A DNA stretch of 64,000 nt from Lama guanicoe (GCA_013239625.1 MU053493.1:939793-1003792); one strand, 5' to 3'. Positions 1-16,296 are shown, numbered from the stretch's first letter. The notes: a model not told the origin generated them from the letters alone. A program made the numbers and translations.

Positions 1-2480
1 ATGGCGATGAATAAGAACGAGTAAGAGCAGTTTCACGGCTGCTGTGAGGATCACCCTCTGTCCACAGCAGAGTCTATCCTGCCCACACCCTACGGACAAC
101 ACTCCAGAGCCCGGACCAGACAGCCTGCAGACCCTGCAGGGTTTTGAAGGATCACAGACCTTCCACAGGAGGCTTGTAAGACCAGCCATCTCTCTCAGGC
201 CTCTCAGGGCTCTGTGAGATGAGGATAATTCTCCCATTTTATAGATAAAGAAGCTGAGGCTCAAAGAAGCAAAAAAAAAAGGGGGGCGGCTCAACGTCAC
301 ACAGTGAGTCTGAGTCATCTAACACCTAACATGTTCTGACTTCTGCAGCCTCATCGGTCAAAAAGTCTGCTAAGTTCTCTTCAAGCCTCCTGGGACGTTA
401 GCCCAAAACCCTCTCAGAAGGTACCAGAAAGCCTGGACCATGGCTGGAGGGAGCACACTGCGCAGCCAAAGAATCTGCCCAAACCCAGAGGTGGCGGCAC
501 AGGGCATCACACCAGAGCTTCTCCTGGACCTGCTGCGTCCGGGACTGCACATCCTCGGGGCACATCTCAAGCTAAGTCTATTTTGAATTTCACGGCCTGA
601 ATCCTTAGCTTTCAAGGCTAAAGCATCTCAAAAGATGAGATTCTCCTCTTGGCACTGATCAGAGTGTGCCTGTGACCTCTTCAGAGGGCATGGTTTTGTT
701 TCTGGCTATGCAAATGTCACATAATGTCACCGCACCAGCAGGATCGTCTTCATAGCAACAGTCCATAATCAGTGGCCCTTGGAGGCTGTTTATGTCTCAG
801 ATATACGTGGAAAGAAAGAAAAACGCAGTGTGTTATATAAAGGGAGACGGAAACACTAGTTTCATATTTTCTTTTCACCATTGGCCTGAGCGTGCTCTTG
901 AGCTGAAAGGTGCATCATTAGCGTATGCTCTTAATTAAGATTTCTCTAGAGCAGGAAAGGGCTCCCAGATCATTAAAAATGATTTTCTATCTTAATGCCT
1001 TAATTCCTTTATCTTTATATCAGTCAAAACATCAGAAATAAGAATGTGTGCTTATATTTTTCAATTTCCATAAACCCTGGAAGGAAAAAGAAATTAATTG
1101 GAATGGTTCTCAGTTGCTGGTAGAAGTGGGGGGAGGGGCAGGGGTCGGAATAGGAGTAAATAAAAGTTAAAAAGTCAAATTTTACTTTGACTTTGACTTT
1201 TGGAACATGTAAATGTCCATTTCAAACGGATGGATAGACCAAAGTGTATCAGGTTTACAAGAAACTCGGACGAGAATGCAGATGAATGAGTGTTAATATG
1301 TCTCAGAGTTTTTTCCTCTGAGCGGGAGGGACTTCTCAAGACAAGCCTGCAGACTGGTGATGTGACTGTGTGGGAGGTGGCACTACTCCCCGGAGCTCAC
1401 TCTACCGCTGATGCAATGAGAGAGTTATTAAGTGTAAGGACTTGCTGTGGAAACGAATTCAAGGGCACAGTCACTCTGTAAAGCCAACTTTTTTAAAAAA
1501 TTGGTCCTTCCTAAGTTAACTTTAGGAAAACCATAAATGATCACACAATGGATATTTTTAGAAAGCCCTTTAGAAAGCCCTGGAACTCCCTGCTCACAGA
1601 AGTTAACAAAACGCCTCTTACATCTTGCAGCTGCATTTAACGCCCTGGTGAGGCCCAGATTTCCTCTGAACTTGGACGCAAGGTTACAGGTCTGCAAAGA
1701 TAGGCTCTTTTGGCACGAGAGGGCTTCTTTACTTTCCAACCGTCCCTAAGACGTGTTCTCTGGACAGGAAGACTAGAAGGTTTGTAGGATCCAAGTGAGA
1801 AGTTGGAGGGGTGGGCAGAACTGATGTGCCTGGGCTCTGAGAGGTGGGGATCACCAAGCTCAGGCCCTGTGAGGCCCCCAACCAAGGGTGAGGGTGGGTA
1901 TAGAGCTTTGGACACTGGACTCTGAAGGAGAACCGCCTGTGGGTGGGGATGCGTCAGCATGGGTCACAATGCAACAGCACCACTCAGGCGCTGGGAATCC
2001 ATGCCACATACCTGCTAAGACTCCAGACTGTTTTTATTAAAACATTTATTTTCCATCCATTTCCTTTTATCCTCTCCCCCTCCCCGACTGTGAACGACTT
2101 AACCTTTATTTTATAGGCTCTCAGTTAGATTACTTTCCTATGTCTATTGAATGTGTGTGTTTGTACATTGCATGTGCTGTTTCTCACTCTTTCCACTCCT
2201 CGTTTTGTTCGGAAGATCCAGCCAGTGGCTGTGTGCCGATTTTGGCGTTGCTTCTAACCTCTGCATGGTTCTCCACAGTGTACGTGCAGAAAGCAGGTTT
2301 AGAAACAGCGTCCAGTGAGAGGTGCAGGGTGGTCAGTATGAGCCCTGCTCTAGGGTGTCAGATTGTCAGGACAGCCTGTGGGGCCCTGAGAGCATGCTCA
2401 GCACACTGTCCGCCATGCAGAGACAGGGAGACAGGTGAGAAATGCAGCTCTTTGCTCAGGAATGTTAGCTGTTCGTGAGA

Positions 2481-3420
2481 TTTTTTTTTAAATGAAGTAT
2501 AGTTGATTTACAATGTTGTGTTAGTTTCAGTGTATAGCAAAGTGATTCAGTTATAGATCTCTATATATCTAGATATTCTTTTTCTTATTCTTTTCCATTA
2601 TAGGTTATTACAGGATATTGAATATAGTTCCCTGTGCTACACAGTAGGTCTTGGTTGTTTATCTATTTTATATGTAGTAGTTAGTATCTATAAACCCCAA
2701 ATTCCTAATTTATCCCTCCCTCCTCACCCTTTTTCCATTTGGTAGCCATAGTTTGTTTTCTATGTCTATAAATCTATTTCTAGCTTGTAAATACATTCAC
2801 TTGTGTCTTTTTTAAAGATTCCACAAGTAAGTGATACCATATCATATTTGTCTTTCTGTCTGACTTATTTCACCTAGTATGATAATCTCTAGGTCCATCT
2901 ACATTGCTGTAAATGGCATTATTTTAGTCTTTTTATGGCTGAGTACTATTCCACTGCATATGTAGACCACAACTTCTTTATCCAGTCATCTGTCGATGGA
3001 CATTTAGGTTGTTTCCATGTCTTGGCTATTGTGAATAGTGCTGCTGTGAACACTGGGGTGCAGGTGTCTTTTCAAGTTATAGTTTTCTCCAGATATATGC
3101 CAAAGAGTGGGATTGCTAGACAGTATAGTAAGCCTATTTTCAGTTTTTTAAGGAACCTCCATACTATTCTCCATAGTGGCTGCACCAATTTACATTCCCA
3201 CCTACAGTGCAGGAGGGTTCCTTTTTCTCCACACCCTCTCCAGCACTTATTATTTCTAGAATTTTAATGATAGCCATTGTGACTGGTGTGAGGTGATAGC
3301 TCATAGCAATTTTGATTTGCATTTCTTTAATAATTAGTGATATTGAGCATCTTTTCATATGCCTGTTGGGTATCTGGATGCCTTCTTTGGAGAAATGGCT
3401 ATTTAGGTCTTCTGCCCACT
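2481..3420 (-). mobile_element. LINE-1 3' end (ORF2 C-terminus, 3'UTR, A tail), sense to CHRNA7, in intron 9
   Basis: Poly-T at 2481; ORF 3164..3358 [15 protein letters not shown]...YHLTPV is the L1 ORF2 C-terminus; typical 3'UTR motifs. Confidence 0.9.
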
Positions 3421-3451
3421 TGTCTGTGAGGTTTTTAAAATAGGTAAGTCA

Positions 3452-3691
<240 letters not shown>

Positions 3692-4163
3692 TCACAGTGT
3701 AGGTGGACCTAGACCGGGCGTTCTGACCATCACGGGCTGGGGAGCGATGCCTGAGAGTAGAGCAGGACTCCCTCCCAGCCTGCAGCCCACCGCCCACATT
3801 CCTGGTGGGCAGAGACCAGCCCAGGGCACAGAGCCCTGCCTCCTGTCCTGCTAACCACATTCCTGGGCGCTCTGTCTGCCTCCTTCTTCAGTGAGGAAGA
3901 ACAGCACCTCACAGGATGGAGAGTAGGTTGCTCCATGAGGAAGCACATGGACCATTATCAGAAACCTCACCACTGTGATGCCTGCAGGACACAGACCTGC
4001 TGTGGGGGTCTCACAGGGAAGACCTGGGCATCCCCCCCCGCCTGTCTTATCAGACCTGGAAAATGACTACTTAGGCAGAGTCTGGCTCCATCAACCAAGA
4101 GCCATGGAGGGGTGGCAATGCCAGTTGCCCATCCTGAGCAAGAGGTCCGCTGCACTGTCTTTT

Positions 4164-4732
4164 TGAGACAGGGGGGAAAGGGGCAGGACACAAAGGCTGG
4201 ACGAATGAAACAGGGTGCAGCTGTTGGGATGTGATAAAGACTGGCTAGAACCAGGTGAAACAAAGGTGGCTCTGACACTAGTCGGGTGACCAACCTTTAT
4301 CTCACCATACCTTCCCTGTCATATTGAAAATCACTCGCCCTGATGCTGTGACAGTTCCAAGGCAGACCATAAAAGGCCAACAAGTGGGCAATGGTCCGAT
4401 TCCTGGGAAACACCTATCCTTCCCTGAAATAGCAAGAAGGTTCCTCACACTCATTAGCCTGTGAAATTACTTAACCCGTGCAAACCTCAAACCCCATGCC
4501 CCGGGGCCGCCCTCCCTCTCCCAGACGCCCCCACGCCTCAGGGCGCTTGCACTTTCTGAGACGGTCCACATTCTGTCTATGGAGCTTGAATCTCTCTAAA
4601 CAATCTCGCCTTCACTTTTCTTTGACTCACTCTTTAATTCTTTCCTGTGCAAAACCAAGATCCCTCGCTTGGCGGGTCCATCCTGAGGACTCCTGCAGGT
4701 CCCAGGACATGACGTTTCCCTCTCCTGCCACA
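4164..4732 (+). mobile_element. Solo LTR, ERV1-like
   Basis: TG...CA termini (TGAGACA...GCCACA), TTTT on both sides as a candidate 4-bp TSD, U5-like 3' part (ttctttcctgtgcaaaaccaagatccctc). Confidence 0.65.
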
Positions 4733-5271
4733 TTTTCAGGCTGAGAACACGAGCCTCAAGCTCTGCTGGGCAAGGAGGCATTTCTCCACCTTGTCCCAGG
4801 AAAAGCAGCATAGATTCCCCTCTCCCTGCCCACTCCAGCCACTGCCTGCCATCCGCGAGCCTGACAGGCTGCTCAGCCTCTCCAGGCCTCTGGGTCTTCA
4901 TGAGCAGAACAGGGGTGGAAGTGCCTTCTCTGCACGGTTGGTGCAGGGATTAGTGATTCCATGGGCCAAGGGTGTAGGAGAACGCTGGCATGGAAGGCAC
5001 TCCATAATAGCCAACTCTGGTTACTAAATCTTCAGCGGGTGGTCTCCCAAGGGGCTGAGCTCTACAACAAAGCCTCCTGGTTCAGAGGCTAAGTGTGCAG
5101 CAACACACTTGATTAAAAATGTCTCCTGCCCTCCAGGCTGGAAGCCACCCACTGCTCTCCCATGGAGACCAAGAGGAACCTGCAAGGAGCTGACAGAGGT
5201 GGACATCTGAGACTTAAAGTCAGCATCAGGGACCTCCAGGAAGGGGAAGGACGGGGGACCCCAAATGTGAC

Positions 5272-5666
5272 TGTGATGGGCTCCATTGTGTCCCCTTAAT
5301 ATGTATATGTTGAAGCTCTGAGCCCCGAGTACCTTAGAATGTGACTGTATTTGGAGAGAGAGTCTTTAAAGAGGTGATTAAATTAGCATGAGATTGTTAG
5401 TGTGGTGCCTGTCCATACAAGAAGGGGAAATGTGGACACACAAAGGGGCCCAGGGGATGTGATGACACAGAGGAAAGACCATGAGAGGACACAGCAGAAG
5501 GTGCCTGTCTTGCTGCAAGACAAGGAGAGAGATCTCAGGAGAAACCAGCCCTGCCAGCACCTTGATCTTGGACTTCCAGCCCCCAGAACTGGGAGCCAAT
5601 GAACTTCTCTTGTGTAAGCCACCCAGGCTGTGGAACTTTACTGCAGCACCTTAGTAAACTAACACA
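5272..5666 (+). mobile_element. MaLR solo LTR (MLT1-like)
   Basis: TGTGATGGG...gtgactgtatttgga...cttggacttccagcc...AAACTAACACA; perfect 5-bp TSD GTGAC (5267-5271, 5667-5671). Confidence 0.85.
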
Positions 5667-6089
5667 GTGACCTAAGGAGGGATCCAGGGTCAAGGACACA
5701 GGTCAAAGGCCAACAGCATCCCATCCTTCTAGACCTGAGCTATGCATCACCCAAGCCAGTTCCCATGGGTTCATCCGGCAAGGCAGGGCCTGCCGTCTGC
5801 CCTGTGAAGGGCAGCTTCTTTTGCAAGTTGCTGTTGAAAGCCCCCGTGTTGGAAGGTAGAAAGGGGGTCAGAATGTCAGATTGAAAGATGATTCCTGGCT
5901 CCCTGGATGGTCCTGAGAGAAATCCAACAAACACAGAGGTTTTTTTATACCAACAGTCTCTCTGGTCAAAACATTACACATCCAGGAAGCTCCAAAAAGC
6001 AAGGCCTTGGCTTCTTAATTCATGAAGCCCAGGGTGTCCCTGTAAGGCCCCCCCTTGGTTAACCTACCTACCCCTGGCTACCCACACAG

Positions 6090-6867
6090 GGCTGCTGCCA
6101 GTACGGATGGCTTTCTTGTCTCTGACCTCCACCACCAAACGGGAGTGGGGATCTCATACCTGATAACTGCTGGCAGACTGTTTGCTTCTGGTCCTCACAA
6201 CTGGCCTGGTGATCTCACTCCCTGACCAGGAACATAACCCTGGCTGCAGCGGGGAGGGTCCTGGATCCTAACCCCTAGACCACTGAGCACCCCTTCACAT
6301 GCTCCTGCTTATTCCTACCCAGAGAGGTACATGGCAACAGGTGATGCTGCCTCCTGTTCCTGGCATCCTCTCCCGAGCAGAAGGTCATGCCAGACACCCG
6401 TCCTGGTGTGCGGTCAGGCCACCCAAGACAGCTGTTCTCTTGTTCTCCGTACATCCCCTGCTAGACCGGTTCCTTCATCACTGACACCCTACTCACATCT
6501 ATCCATCAGAAAGGCTCCCTTTTGATAGTTTAACAAAGGGAAGACCTCTGCCCCATGAAGGTACTTAGCCTGAGGGGCTGTGCCCCTCTGCTGGTTTCCC
6601 TGGTAACCGATGGACCAATGACATCAATCCCCCGCTAACTGGTCTCTCTCTTCCCCAGCGAGCAGAGGCTACTGCTCCCATGCCCTGCCTGCCCTCTGCT
6701 GTCTGCCGTCCATGGTGTGGTGCTGCTCCAGGTCCCTTTTGCTTCAGACATGTAAGATCTCCCATCTATTAAACTATTCATGTCTCTGTTGCTGACTCTG
6801 GGCTCTTTCTTTGGTCTTGAGGCTGGGCAAGTACAGTGCTTGCAGGCCTGTGGGACACAGCCCAACC
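6090..6867 (+). mobile_element. Degenerate ERVL-type LTR (MER74/MER54-like); left boundary approximate
   Basis: ATTAAA followed by a U5-like end (ggctgggcaagtacag...gcagcccaac). Confidence 0.4.
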
Positions 6868-7167
6868 CTTGGCCGAAACACATTTGTCCTGTTCACCTGC
6901 CTTCACAAGCTTTAACTTTATACTGCAACATTGAGTCATCTCAGGAAACAGTGGCTAAGGCTTAAAGTGTGACAAAGAATTTGTGAAAAAATGGCAACTC
7001 AAGATAAAACAATGAATCTCTAATGGTAAAAATCTCCAGCTCCATAACAATTGGGAGAGGGAGGATTGTGGGAGGAAGGTGGGCCATTTCTGCATTGCAG
7101 AGCCACACCACAAAGCCAGACCCATCCTCCCCTTACATGTGCCCAGGTGAGCACAGGCCATGGGTCA

Positions 7168-7596
<429 letters not shown>

Positions 7597-7875
7597 TCAC
7601 CAGAGTCCCAGAGGAGTTACTTGGGAGGTGAACTTAGGAGCCAGAACTTTAGAAGAACAATGCAAAATGGATTGTGAATCTGAGCACACAGATCTCACCT
7701 TTCCTTTATTACATTAGTGTTGAGACATAGTTTCATGTAGGGGGAAAAAGAAAATGTGATTTGAAGGCCTGATTTTTGGTTTTGACTCTACTGCTTACTA
7801 GCTGTGTGCCCTTGGAAAAGTCATTTAATGTGCCCCAGCCTTGTGGTCAAGGTTGTGGGGCTGAGAATGATTTCT

Positions 7876-7976
7876 GGGAGGGAAGGTAGCAGCTCAGTGG
7901 TAGAGCATGTGCTTAGCATGCACAAGGTCCTGGGTTCATTCACAGTGCCACCACTAAAAGAAAAAAAAAAGCAAAA
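7876..7976 (+). mobile_element. tRNA-derived SINE (camelid Vic-1-like), short form
   Basis: A box AGCTCAGTGG, B-box-like GGTTCATTC, A tail; 13-bp TSD GAGAATGATTTCT (7863-7875, 7977-7989). Confidence 0.88.
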
Positions 7977-8292
7977 GAGAATGATTTCTACAGGCACCAA
8001 ATATGATCTTTAGTAACCCTCTGAGCTGTTGAAGGACTAATTTTGCCAGTCTAAATTGTAGTTTTCTCTGGATGATCATAAGGAATTACCCGTGCACTGC
8101 GATATCTAAGTGAAAGCTGGTACTGGATGAAACTAAACTGCATCCAGCCCACAACGGATGCTGGCTGGTTGCCATGGAGATGCGGGGTAGGGTGGCAGGA
8201 GCGTGGAAGGCACAGGGCCCTCCATGAAGAACTGGTACCTTCCTGGGCATCCCCATCCTCTGTGCAGCATCAGAGGAGTCCGTGGACTCTCA

Positions 8293-8703
<411 letters not shown>

Positions 8704-8874
8704 TTACTCCGTTTACTTTAACGGGTTACAACACATACACAGAGTCATGGGATTTGCTAAGTGCGAAAACATTGGCTAATTGAGTAACAGCTTTTGGTTC
8801 ACTATGTTTATTTAAGAATATCTCAGTGATATTTGAACAAATTGACAGTTTTTTTAATGTATTGGAATTGCATG

Positions 8875-9233
8875 TGTTACAGACTGTGTCCCCCAAAATT
8901 CATATGTTGAAATCCTAACCCCCTCCACCCAAGTGATGGTATCTGAAGGTGGGGCCTTGGGGAGGTGATGAGGTCATGAGAGTGGAGACCCCATGAGTGG
9001 GATTAGCACCCTTATAAAAAGGACCCCAGAGAGCCCCCAGTCCCGTCCGCCACGTGAAGATACAGCCTGAAGATGCCGTCTATGAACCAGGAAGCAGGTC
9101 CTCACCAGACACCGAATCTCCAGTGTCTTGACCCTGGACTCCCAGCCTTCAAACTATGAGAAATAAATCTCTGTTGTCTATAAGCCACCCAATCTACGAT
9201 ATTCTGTTATAGCTGCCCGGACGGACTGAGACA
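8875..9233 (+). mobile_element. MaLR solo LTR (MLT1A-like) in intron 6
   Basis: tgtgtcccccaaaattcatatgttgaaatcctaacc...gagaaataaat...taagccaccc...gactgagaCA. Confidence 0.85.
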
Positions 9234-9606
9234 CCGTGATTATACATAATACATTGTAAACTCGACCCCGTTATAAATGCAATGCTTGTCTTCCTATTTA
9301 ATACCATCCAGTGTAGATTCCCTATGGTTTGCTGTCCCACCTAGTTTTTAGGGATGGTGCAGATTCCAGTAGCGCTGGGATGTCAATCCTGGCACTGACT
9401 TGTTTAAATGTGACCTTACCACTGCTGCAAGTTCCTCATGGAAAACACGTAATTTTCTAATTGTTTGTTTGTTTTTGTTTTTCATCCTAGAGTTCTCAGT
9501 AAATCATGGAGAATGCTACAGGGTTTAGTACCTGCTCACGCTGAAAAGCAGAGTGGAAAATCCCAAACTTTTCAAGCTGGCCCAGGAATAAAGCAGCTTC
9601 CTTCTA

Positions 9607-10645
<1,039 letters not shown>

Positions 10646-11173
10646 ATGCACAGCAATCTCTTGGTCTCCAACTCATGCACTGTTCATCATACACAAAGCC
10701 TAGTCTTCATGGAGAGAAAAGCTTGCTGGCCTGATAAAGGGCTGGCAGGTTAAACGCCGCCGTGCATCTGATGATCTGCACGTCTCATGATCAGTACTGG
10801 GCACACATCCTTCTGGCTCAGTCGTGCTCCCTTCAGGAACAGTCAGTGTGGACACTGGGGCCTCTCACCTGGTGAGACCTGAGAGGACTTCAGCCCTAGC
10901 CTTCAGCTAGACCTGCCCTGGACAAGCTGGGTGTTTTTTGGAAAAATCTCTAGAGAAGTTCAGCAGAAGCATTACTGTCTTTTAAAATTCCCAGACTAAA
11001 CCAACATTCTCTGTTCTGTGGGATTTCTGTGCAGAGAATCAGAAGTTCTGTAAACCTGCTCTGGCCTTCAACGTGCATCCTCAAATTCTAAATGATAAAA
11101 GTAAAGAACGTAAAAAAATCCCAGAGAAGCTGATAAAAATGATAAAGAGCTTAGAAACAGAATCAGAAAGAGG

Positions 11174-11206
11174 TGTGTGTGTGTGTCTCTGTGTGTGTGT
11201 GTGTGT
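11174..11206. repeat. Interrupted (TG)n microsatellite
   Basis: Direct reading. Confidence 0.85.
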
Positions 11207-11329
11207 TTCTGTCTTTGGTGAAGAGTGGGGTGAGCATTTTCTTTAGGTTAAAAATTGAGAAAAATCCTTGGTTATCTAGAAATAAATGTGGAATATATTT
11301 TTAATTAGTTTCAATTCTATTTTTTAAGT

Positions 11330-11932
11330 GTTTCTTTCTTTTTTTAAAACACTTTTCTTATTGTTATAGTCATTTTACAATGTTGTGTCAAATTCCAGTG
11401 TAGAGCACAATTTTTCAGTTATACATGAACAAACATATAGTCGTTGTCACATTTCTTTTCACTGTGAGCTACCACAAGATCTTGTATATATTTCCCTGTG
11501 CTATACAGTATAATTTTATTTATCTATTCTGCATATGCCTGTCAGTATTTACAAATTTGAATTTGAATTCCCAGTCTGTCCCTTCCCACCCCCTGCCCTC
11601 TCTGGCAACCACAAGTTCGTATTCTATGTCTATGAGTCTGTTTCTGTTTTGTATTTATGTTCATTTCTTTTTTTTTAGATTCCGCATATGAGCAATCTCA
11701 TATGGTATTTTTCTTTCTCTTTCTGGCTTACTTCACTTAGAATGACATTCTCCAGGGACATCCAATTGCTGTAAATGGCATTATGTTGTCGGTTTTTTAT
11801 GGCTGAATAGTATCCCATTGTATAAATATACCACGTCTTCTTTATCCAGTCATCTGTTGATGGACATTTAGGCTGTTTCCATGTCTTGGCTATTGTAAAC
11901 AGTGCCGCTATGAACATTGGGGTGCAGGTGTC
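11330..11932 (-). mobile_element. Young LINE-1 3' end, sense to CHRNA7
   Basis: ORF 11675..11986 [32 protein letters not shown]; 3'UTR nearly identical to the copy at 29396-29611. Confidence 0.9.
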
Positions 11933-12439
11933 TAGGAACAGAACAAGGACTGACAAGTTTAAGTTGCAGAGATGGTGTCTGGGCAAAAGCTAGCATTTCT
12001 ACTGAAAAGAGAGACAAGACAAGTGGGAGGTGAATTTCCCAGCTGGTCACTGGGAGGAGAACAGATAAGCCCACTGCAGCCATTTGTGTCCACGTGTAAC
12101 TCTCTGCCCAGAGAAGGACCAGAAAGCAACGATGACATAAAACACTAAGGGTCCCAGTGCTCATGGGGACAGGACAGGCACTTTGTCAATTTCTGCTACC
12201 AAATTTAAAAACATAAGTGGAGGAAGGACTCAATAGCATTGCAGACATGAACCCCTCACCCACAGCCAAATCGTGAAAGGATAATAAACATCCTATCTCC
12301 TCAAATTCCTTTAAACAGAATTTGCAGCATTATATCCAATGTCCACTGGACTCTGGACATCATTATAGACACTGCCTTCTCATTAATGGGTTGGATTTCC
12401 CCCAAACTCACACTGCTTGTAGAAGACGCACCTCTATAA

Positions 12440-12735
12440 CTGGATTATTCCATTTTAATGAGATGCCCAGAGAAAGAGACTCTCTAGGGATAGAAAGCAG
12501 ATCACTAGTTGCCCAAGGCTGGCCTGAGGGTGGGGAGTAGCTGCCAAAAGGCAAAAGGGATCTTTGGAGGGTGATGGAAAATGCTCTAGACCTGGATGGT
12601 AGCCATGGTGGTGCAGCCCTGTGCCTTTACTAAAAATCATGGAATCCCGCACCTGAAATGGGTAAATTGTATGATACGGAACTTGTACCTCCATAAAGTT
12701 GTTAAAAATTTTAAAATATGAAAAGGGAAAAAAGT
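12440..12735 (+). mobile_element. Old LINE-1 3'UTR fragment (L1MB/MC-like)
   Basis: gatagaaagcagatcactagttgcc...ggtgatggaaaatgctcta...tacctccataaagttg. Confidence 0.65.
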
Positions 12736-13489
12736 CATTTTGTGACCAAGCTTGCACCTGAAATGCCTTTTGCCTGTGTTTAGCTGTGCGGGCAGGGCCG
12801 CTTCCTAGATCAGGTCTGCACTGCCCGGGTACAGGCTGGCTGCTGGGAACCAGACGGCACTGTGCTCCCCCGACCAGGGGAGGGCAGACCCCCACAGTCA
12901 AAGCACAACGCCCCTCCCAGTGGAGGCTGGAGTGCAGGCGTGGAGCCCTGAGGACTGCCGGACACAGGCAGCTCGGGGGTCAGGACTGCTGCTCCTGTGG
13001 CTGAAAATAGCCCCTGCCTGCAAAGCAACCCACATCACCAGTCACTGGTGACTACTGGAGGTCTTTGTCCTAAAGAGCCCTGGTGAGAGAAGCTGCAAAT
13101 TTCGAGCCTGGGGACAAAAACATGATTGCGGTGGAAGACTCATCCTGGAGGATGTTAGGATGAAGGCACGTGTGGCCGTGGGAGGGGAGAAGGGCCAGGG
13201 GAGTAGCAAGGAAGCACAGGCTTTAAGACAAAAAACCCCAAAATCCAGAGACAAGAGCGGATGGTGTCTGCCTGTGCAGGTTTGATCACTCAGCACATGT
13301 TTATCCACACATGGGCCCGGCCCCAGGGTGAGGACCGTTGGTTCTAAGGTGAGTTACACACAGACCACCTGCGGGAGGCTCAGGGCCTGCTAAGGAGGCA
13401 GAGCATGGAGACAAGAACCCAGGAGGCAGGGCCAGCTTTGCCGTGAGATGACTCAGGGCGTGCAAGGCTGGGCTGACTGCGGGGGAGAG

Positions 13490-13700
13490 GGTGTGTGTGT
13501 GTGTATGAGTGTGTGCTGTGTGGTGTGTTTCTGGTGTGATGTGTATATATGTGTGGTGTTGTGTGTGTATGTATGTGTCTGGTGGGTGATGTGTGTGCAT
13601 GTGGGTGTATATGTGTGTTTGCGTCTGTGTGTGGTGAGTGCGTGGATGTGGTTGGGAGATGTGTGTGGTGTGTGTGTGGTGTGGGTGGATGTGGTGAGAT
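13490..13700. repeat. Degenerate GT-rich simple repeat
   Basis: About 200 bp of (GT)n/(GTG)n variants. Confidence 0.85.
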
Positions 13701-14480
13701 GGGAGATGGCTGCAGGTCGCCTGAGAGCAGAAAGTTAAAGAAACAGTTGCAGTGGGGTAATCATCCTGGAAAAGAACACGTGAAAAATCATCTAAAAGAT
13801 TGTTAAAACCCTCGAGGCCATGAAGCCCGATTTCCCATCGTGCAGGTTACTAAGTGAGTAGCCCAGCCCCCTGGGAACTGACCGCAGTGACTGGGCTGGT
13901 GGGAAGAGATTCCGTCCCAGGAAGATCAGCCATCAGTGATTTGGGAAGGAATGGACTTTCAGCAAGAAATCACTGATGATCCCCTTTGAAAATACTTGGT
14001 CTCACATCTAAAAGCAAGTGCTATCCCAAGCACACACTCAGGAAGCCAGTCCACAGGTTCACCATCTCCCCAACCCCTGCACCTGGAGGGCAGCACCTGC
14101 CAAGGTACCCGGTGTGGCAGAAAGGGAATCGGGGGCTGTGGTGCAGGATGTGGTCTGGAGGTTGTCAGGGGAGTGGAGATGACCTGACAAGGGAGATGCT
14201 TCAGTGGTGGCTGAACTTTAAGGAACACACAACAGACAATAAGGACACAGGACGCCTGGTGGCAAAGACAGCTTGAGCCGGGATCCCAAGACGAAAAAGA
14301 GGATTATGGCACTGTCATGTTCAGGGAAGATGTGCAGGCAGAGGAGGAGTGGTGGGTGTGAAGGCGGCAAAGGATGCCTAGACCACAGAGCTGGCCCGCT
14401 GCTCCCGTGAGCACCCTGGGGACAGCACCCCCAACCCCGCACTCCGTCTAACTGCAGGAGACAAAGGGAGTGGACCTTAC

Positions 14481-14560
14481 CTGGAGGGAGGTACTGGCAG
14501 TGCCCAGAAGAATTCACCAACACATTGGTGTGGAACGTAGCGTCAAACCGCTCATCAGCA
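14481..14560 (-). CDS. CHRNA7: CHRNA7 exon 5 (80 bp), (S)[26 protein letters not shown](G)
   Basis: tttctag|TGCTGATGAG...CCTCCAG|gtaagg; peptide visible within ORF 14218..14742. Confidence 0.97.
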
Positions 14561-15199
14561 CTAGAAACAGGACAAGGATCTCGTGAGCCACCGCTGCCAG
14601 GCAGAGGGCTTCCCAGTGCCCCTAGGGCTGTTGTGACTGTGGTCCGAGCAGCTCTGAGACGGGCTGCTGCTGGCAGATGGGACAGCCGGCCGTGGTCTGA
14701 GAGCCCCATCTGCAGCTGACCTGGAAGGTCTTCCCAGAGCACAGAGGGCAGGAATCAATGGCCATCCCCTTGTTTCATATGAACTCTGATTTTCCCCATA
14801 TGGATATAAAGCTCTTAGCAGAAATGAGAGTTGAAAGACAACTTAGGAGGCCATCAGCCCCTGAGAAGTTTCAATCTATCTGCAGGAGAAAGAGTGGGTG
14901 GAAGTCCAGCACCCCTCTCAGCCTGGGAGGGTGGGGTCTGAACCCTCTGTGTTCAGAGCTCTAGTTCCAGCCCCTTGAATGAGCCCAAAGCTCGGCTGGT
15001 ACTTGACAAATCCATCTTGAATGACTGACGTGACAGGTGCAGGAGGGAGCTGGGCACCCTAGTGGGGTACCAGGCTCCATGATTAGAGGAGGCCAGGTGG
15101 AGATAGCAGAATCAGATCCATCACGTTTGGATGAATGTACCCTATCCCCACTCCCTGCCCACAGTCAGGATCTCCTGTAGCCTGGAATTACCACCCTGG

Positions 15200-15745
15200 A
15201 AAAGGGGAAGGCCATAGAACAGGAAGAAAACACAATTAAGACCAACATCCCTTGTTCTCCATGTCTTTGACATCTGGGACCTTGCTAACCCTGGAGGAAC
15301 TGTCCCCACCCTGCACCCCTGCCCCAGGTCAGCCAATTCCTAAAGATAGCAAATGACTCATTCATAAGCGTGTGTCTCAAATGCAAACCAACCAATTACC
15401 TCCTTTACGGGGCTCTCACCCTCCAGGCCACCATCCACTTGCCCTAATCACCCCAGGGCCAGGCGTCAGACAAGCAAGGACAGCCCATACGCACCAGAGC
15501 CCACCAAAAGTATTCCCAGCCCTAGTCCTGTTTACCCAGCCTCCCCAGTTCCATTCCACGGAAATGACAATAAAAGCTTTGGACTACGTTTCCGCCTCAC
15601 ACTCTCTTCCTTCTGACCGACCCCAGCATTTCCCTGTGTGGCCCTGCACAGCGAGCCCTGCTTTTGTTTCTAGGGAACTGTGAGTATAAATTTCCTTCCT
15701 TCCTGACCATCATTTCTGTGTCTTCATCTTACCTGATTAAAACGT
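15200..15745 (+). mobile_element. ERV LTR remnant (MER39-like)
   Basis: gccctaatcaccccagggccagg...cagagccc...acaataaaagct...gggaactgtgagta motifs; boundaries approximate. Confidence 0.55.
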
Positions 15746-16296
15746 ATCCTTAAAACGTCGCCCTACACATAAATAAAAAAGTTCCCATGCCTCAAGAACA
15801 GGTAGGCAGCCAGTCAAGGTGGCAGCACCACGAGTTAGGTTCCCTTCATTCTGGGGACTGGAGGACCTCTGCTCAGGGCCACCCATGTCCATGGAGCCTC
15901 CACAGCCTTTCTGGCACCAATGTCCTCTAACTGGGACAGTCACAACCGTCAGATGTTTGAAGAAAGCTTCCACGTGAGACACATAACCAAGGACAGGGGC
16001 AGAAAGCATCCAAGAAGAAACAGTCAATGAAAGGAATGAAAAATTACCTCTTAAAAAAGCAATACCCTCACAAAAATTCAAGTGGATATTGCATTTAGAA
16101 AAACAAAGGACAACCTGGAAGTTAAAATATGGTCTCTGAAACACATCTTTATAAGTGGGTGGGAAGTTTGGCTGATAAGAATCACTGAGAAGAAAAAATG
16201 CAAGACCAGAAAGGACGAAGACCTCAGAGTAAAGGCCAGGGGACCTCACTCAACAGAAGCAGAAGAGACATCAGGGAGAGGGGAGGGGAGAGGAGT

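Noticed and set aside
1165..1202. AAAAGTCAAA/TTTGACTTTT inverted repeat and adjacent G-rich run
   Set aside because: Short and low in complexity; no support for a functional hairpin or G-quadruplex.
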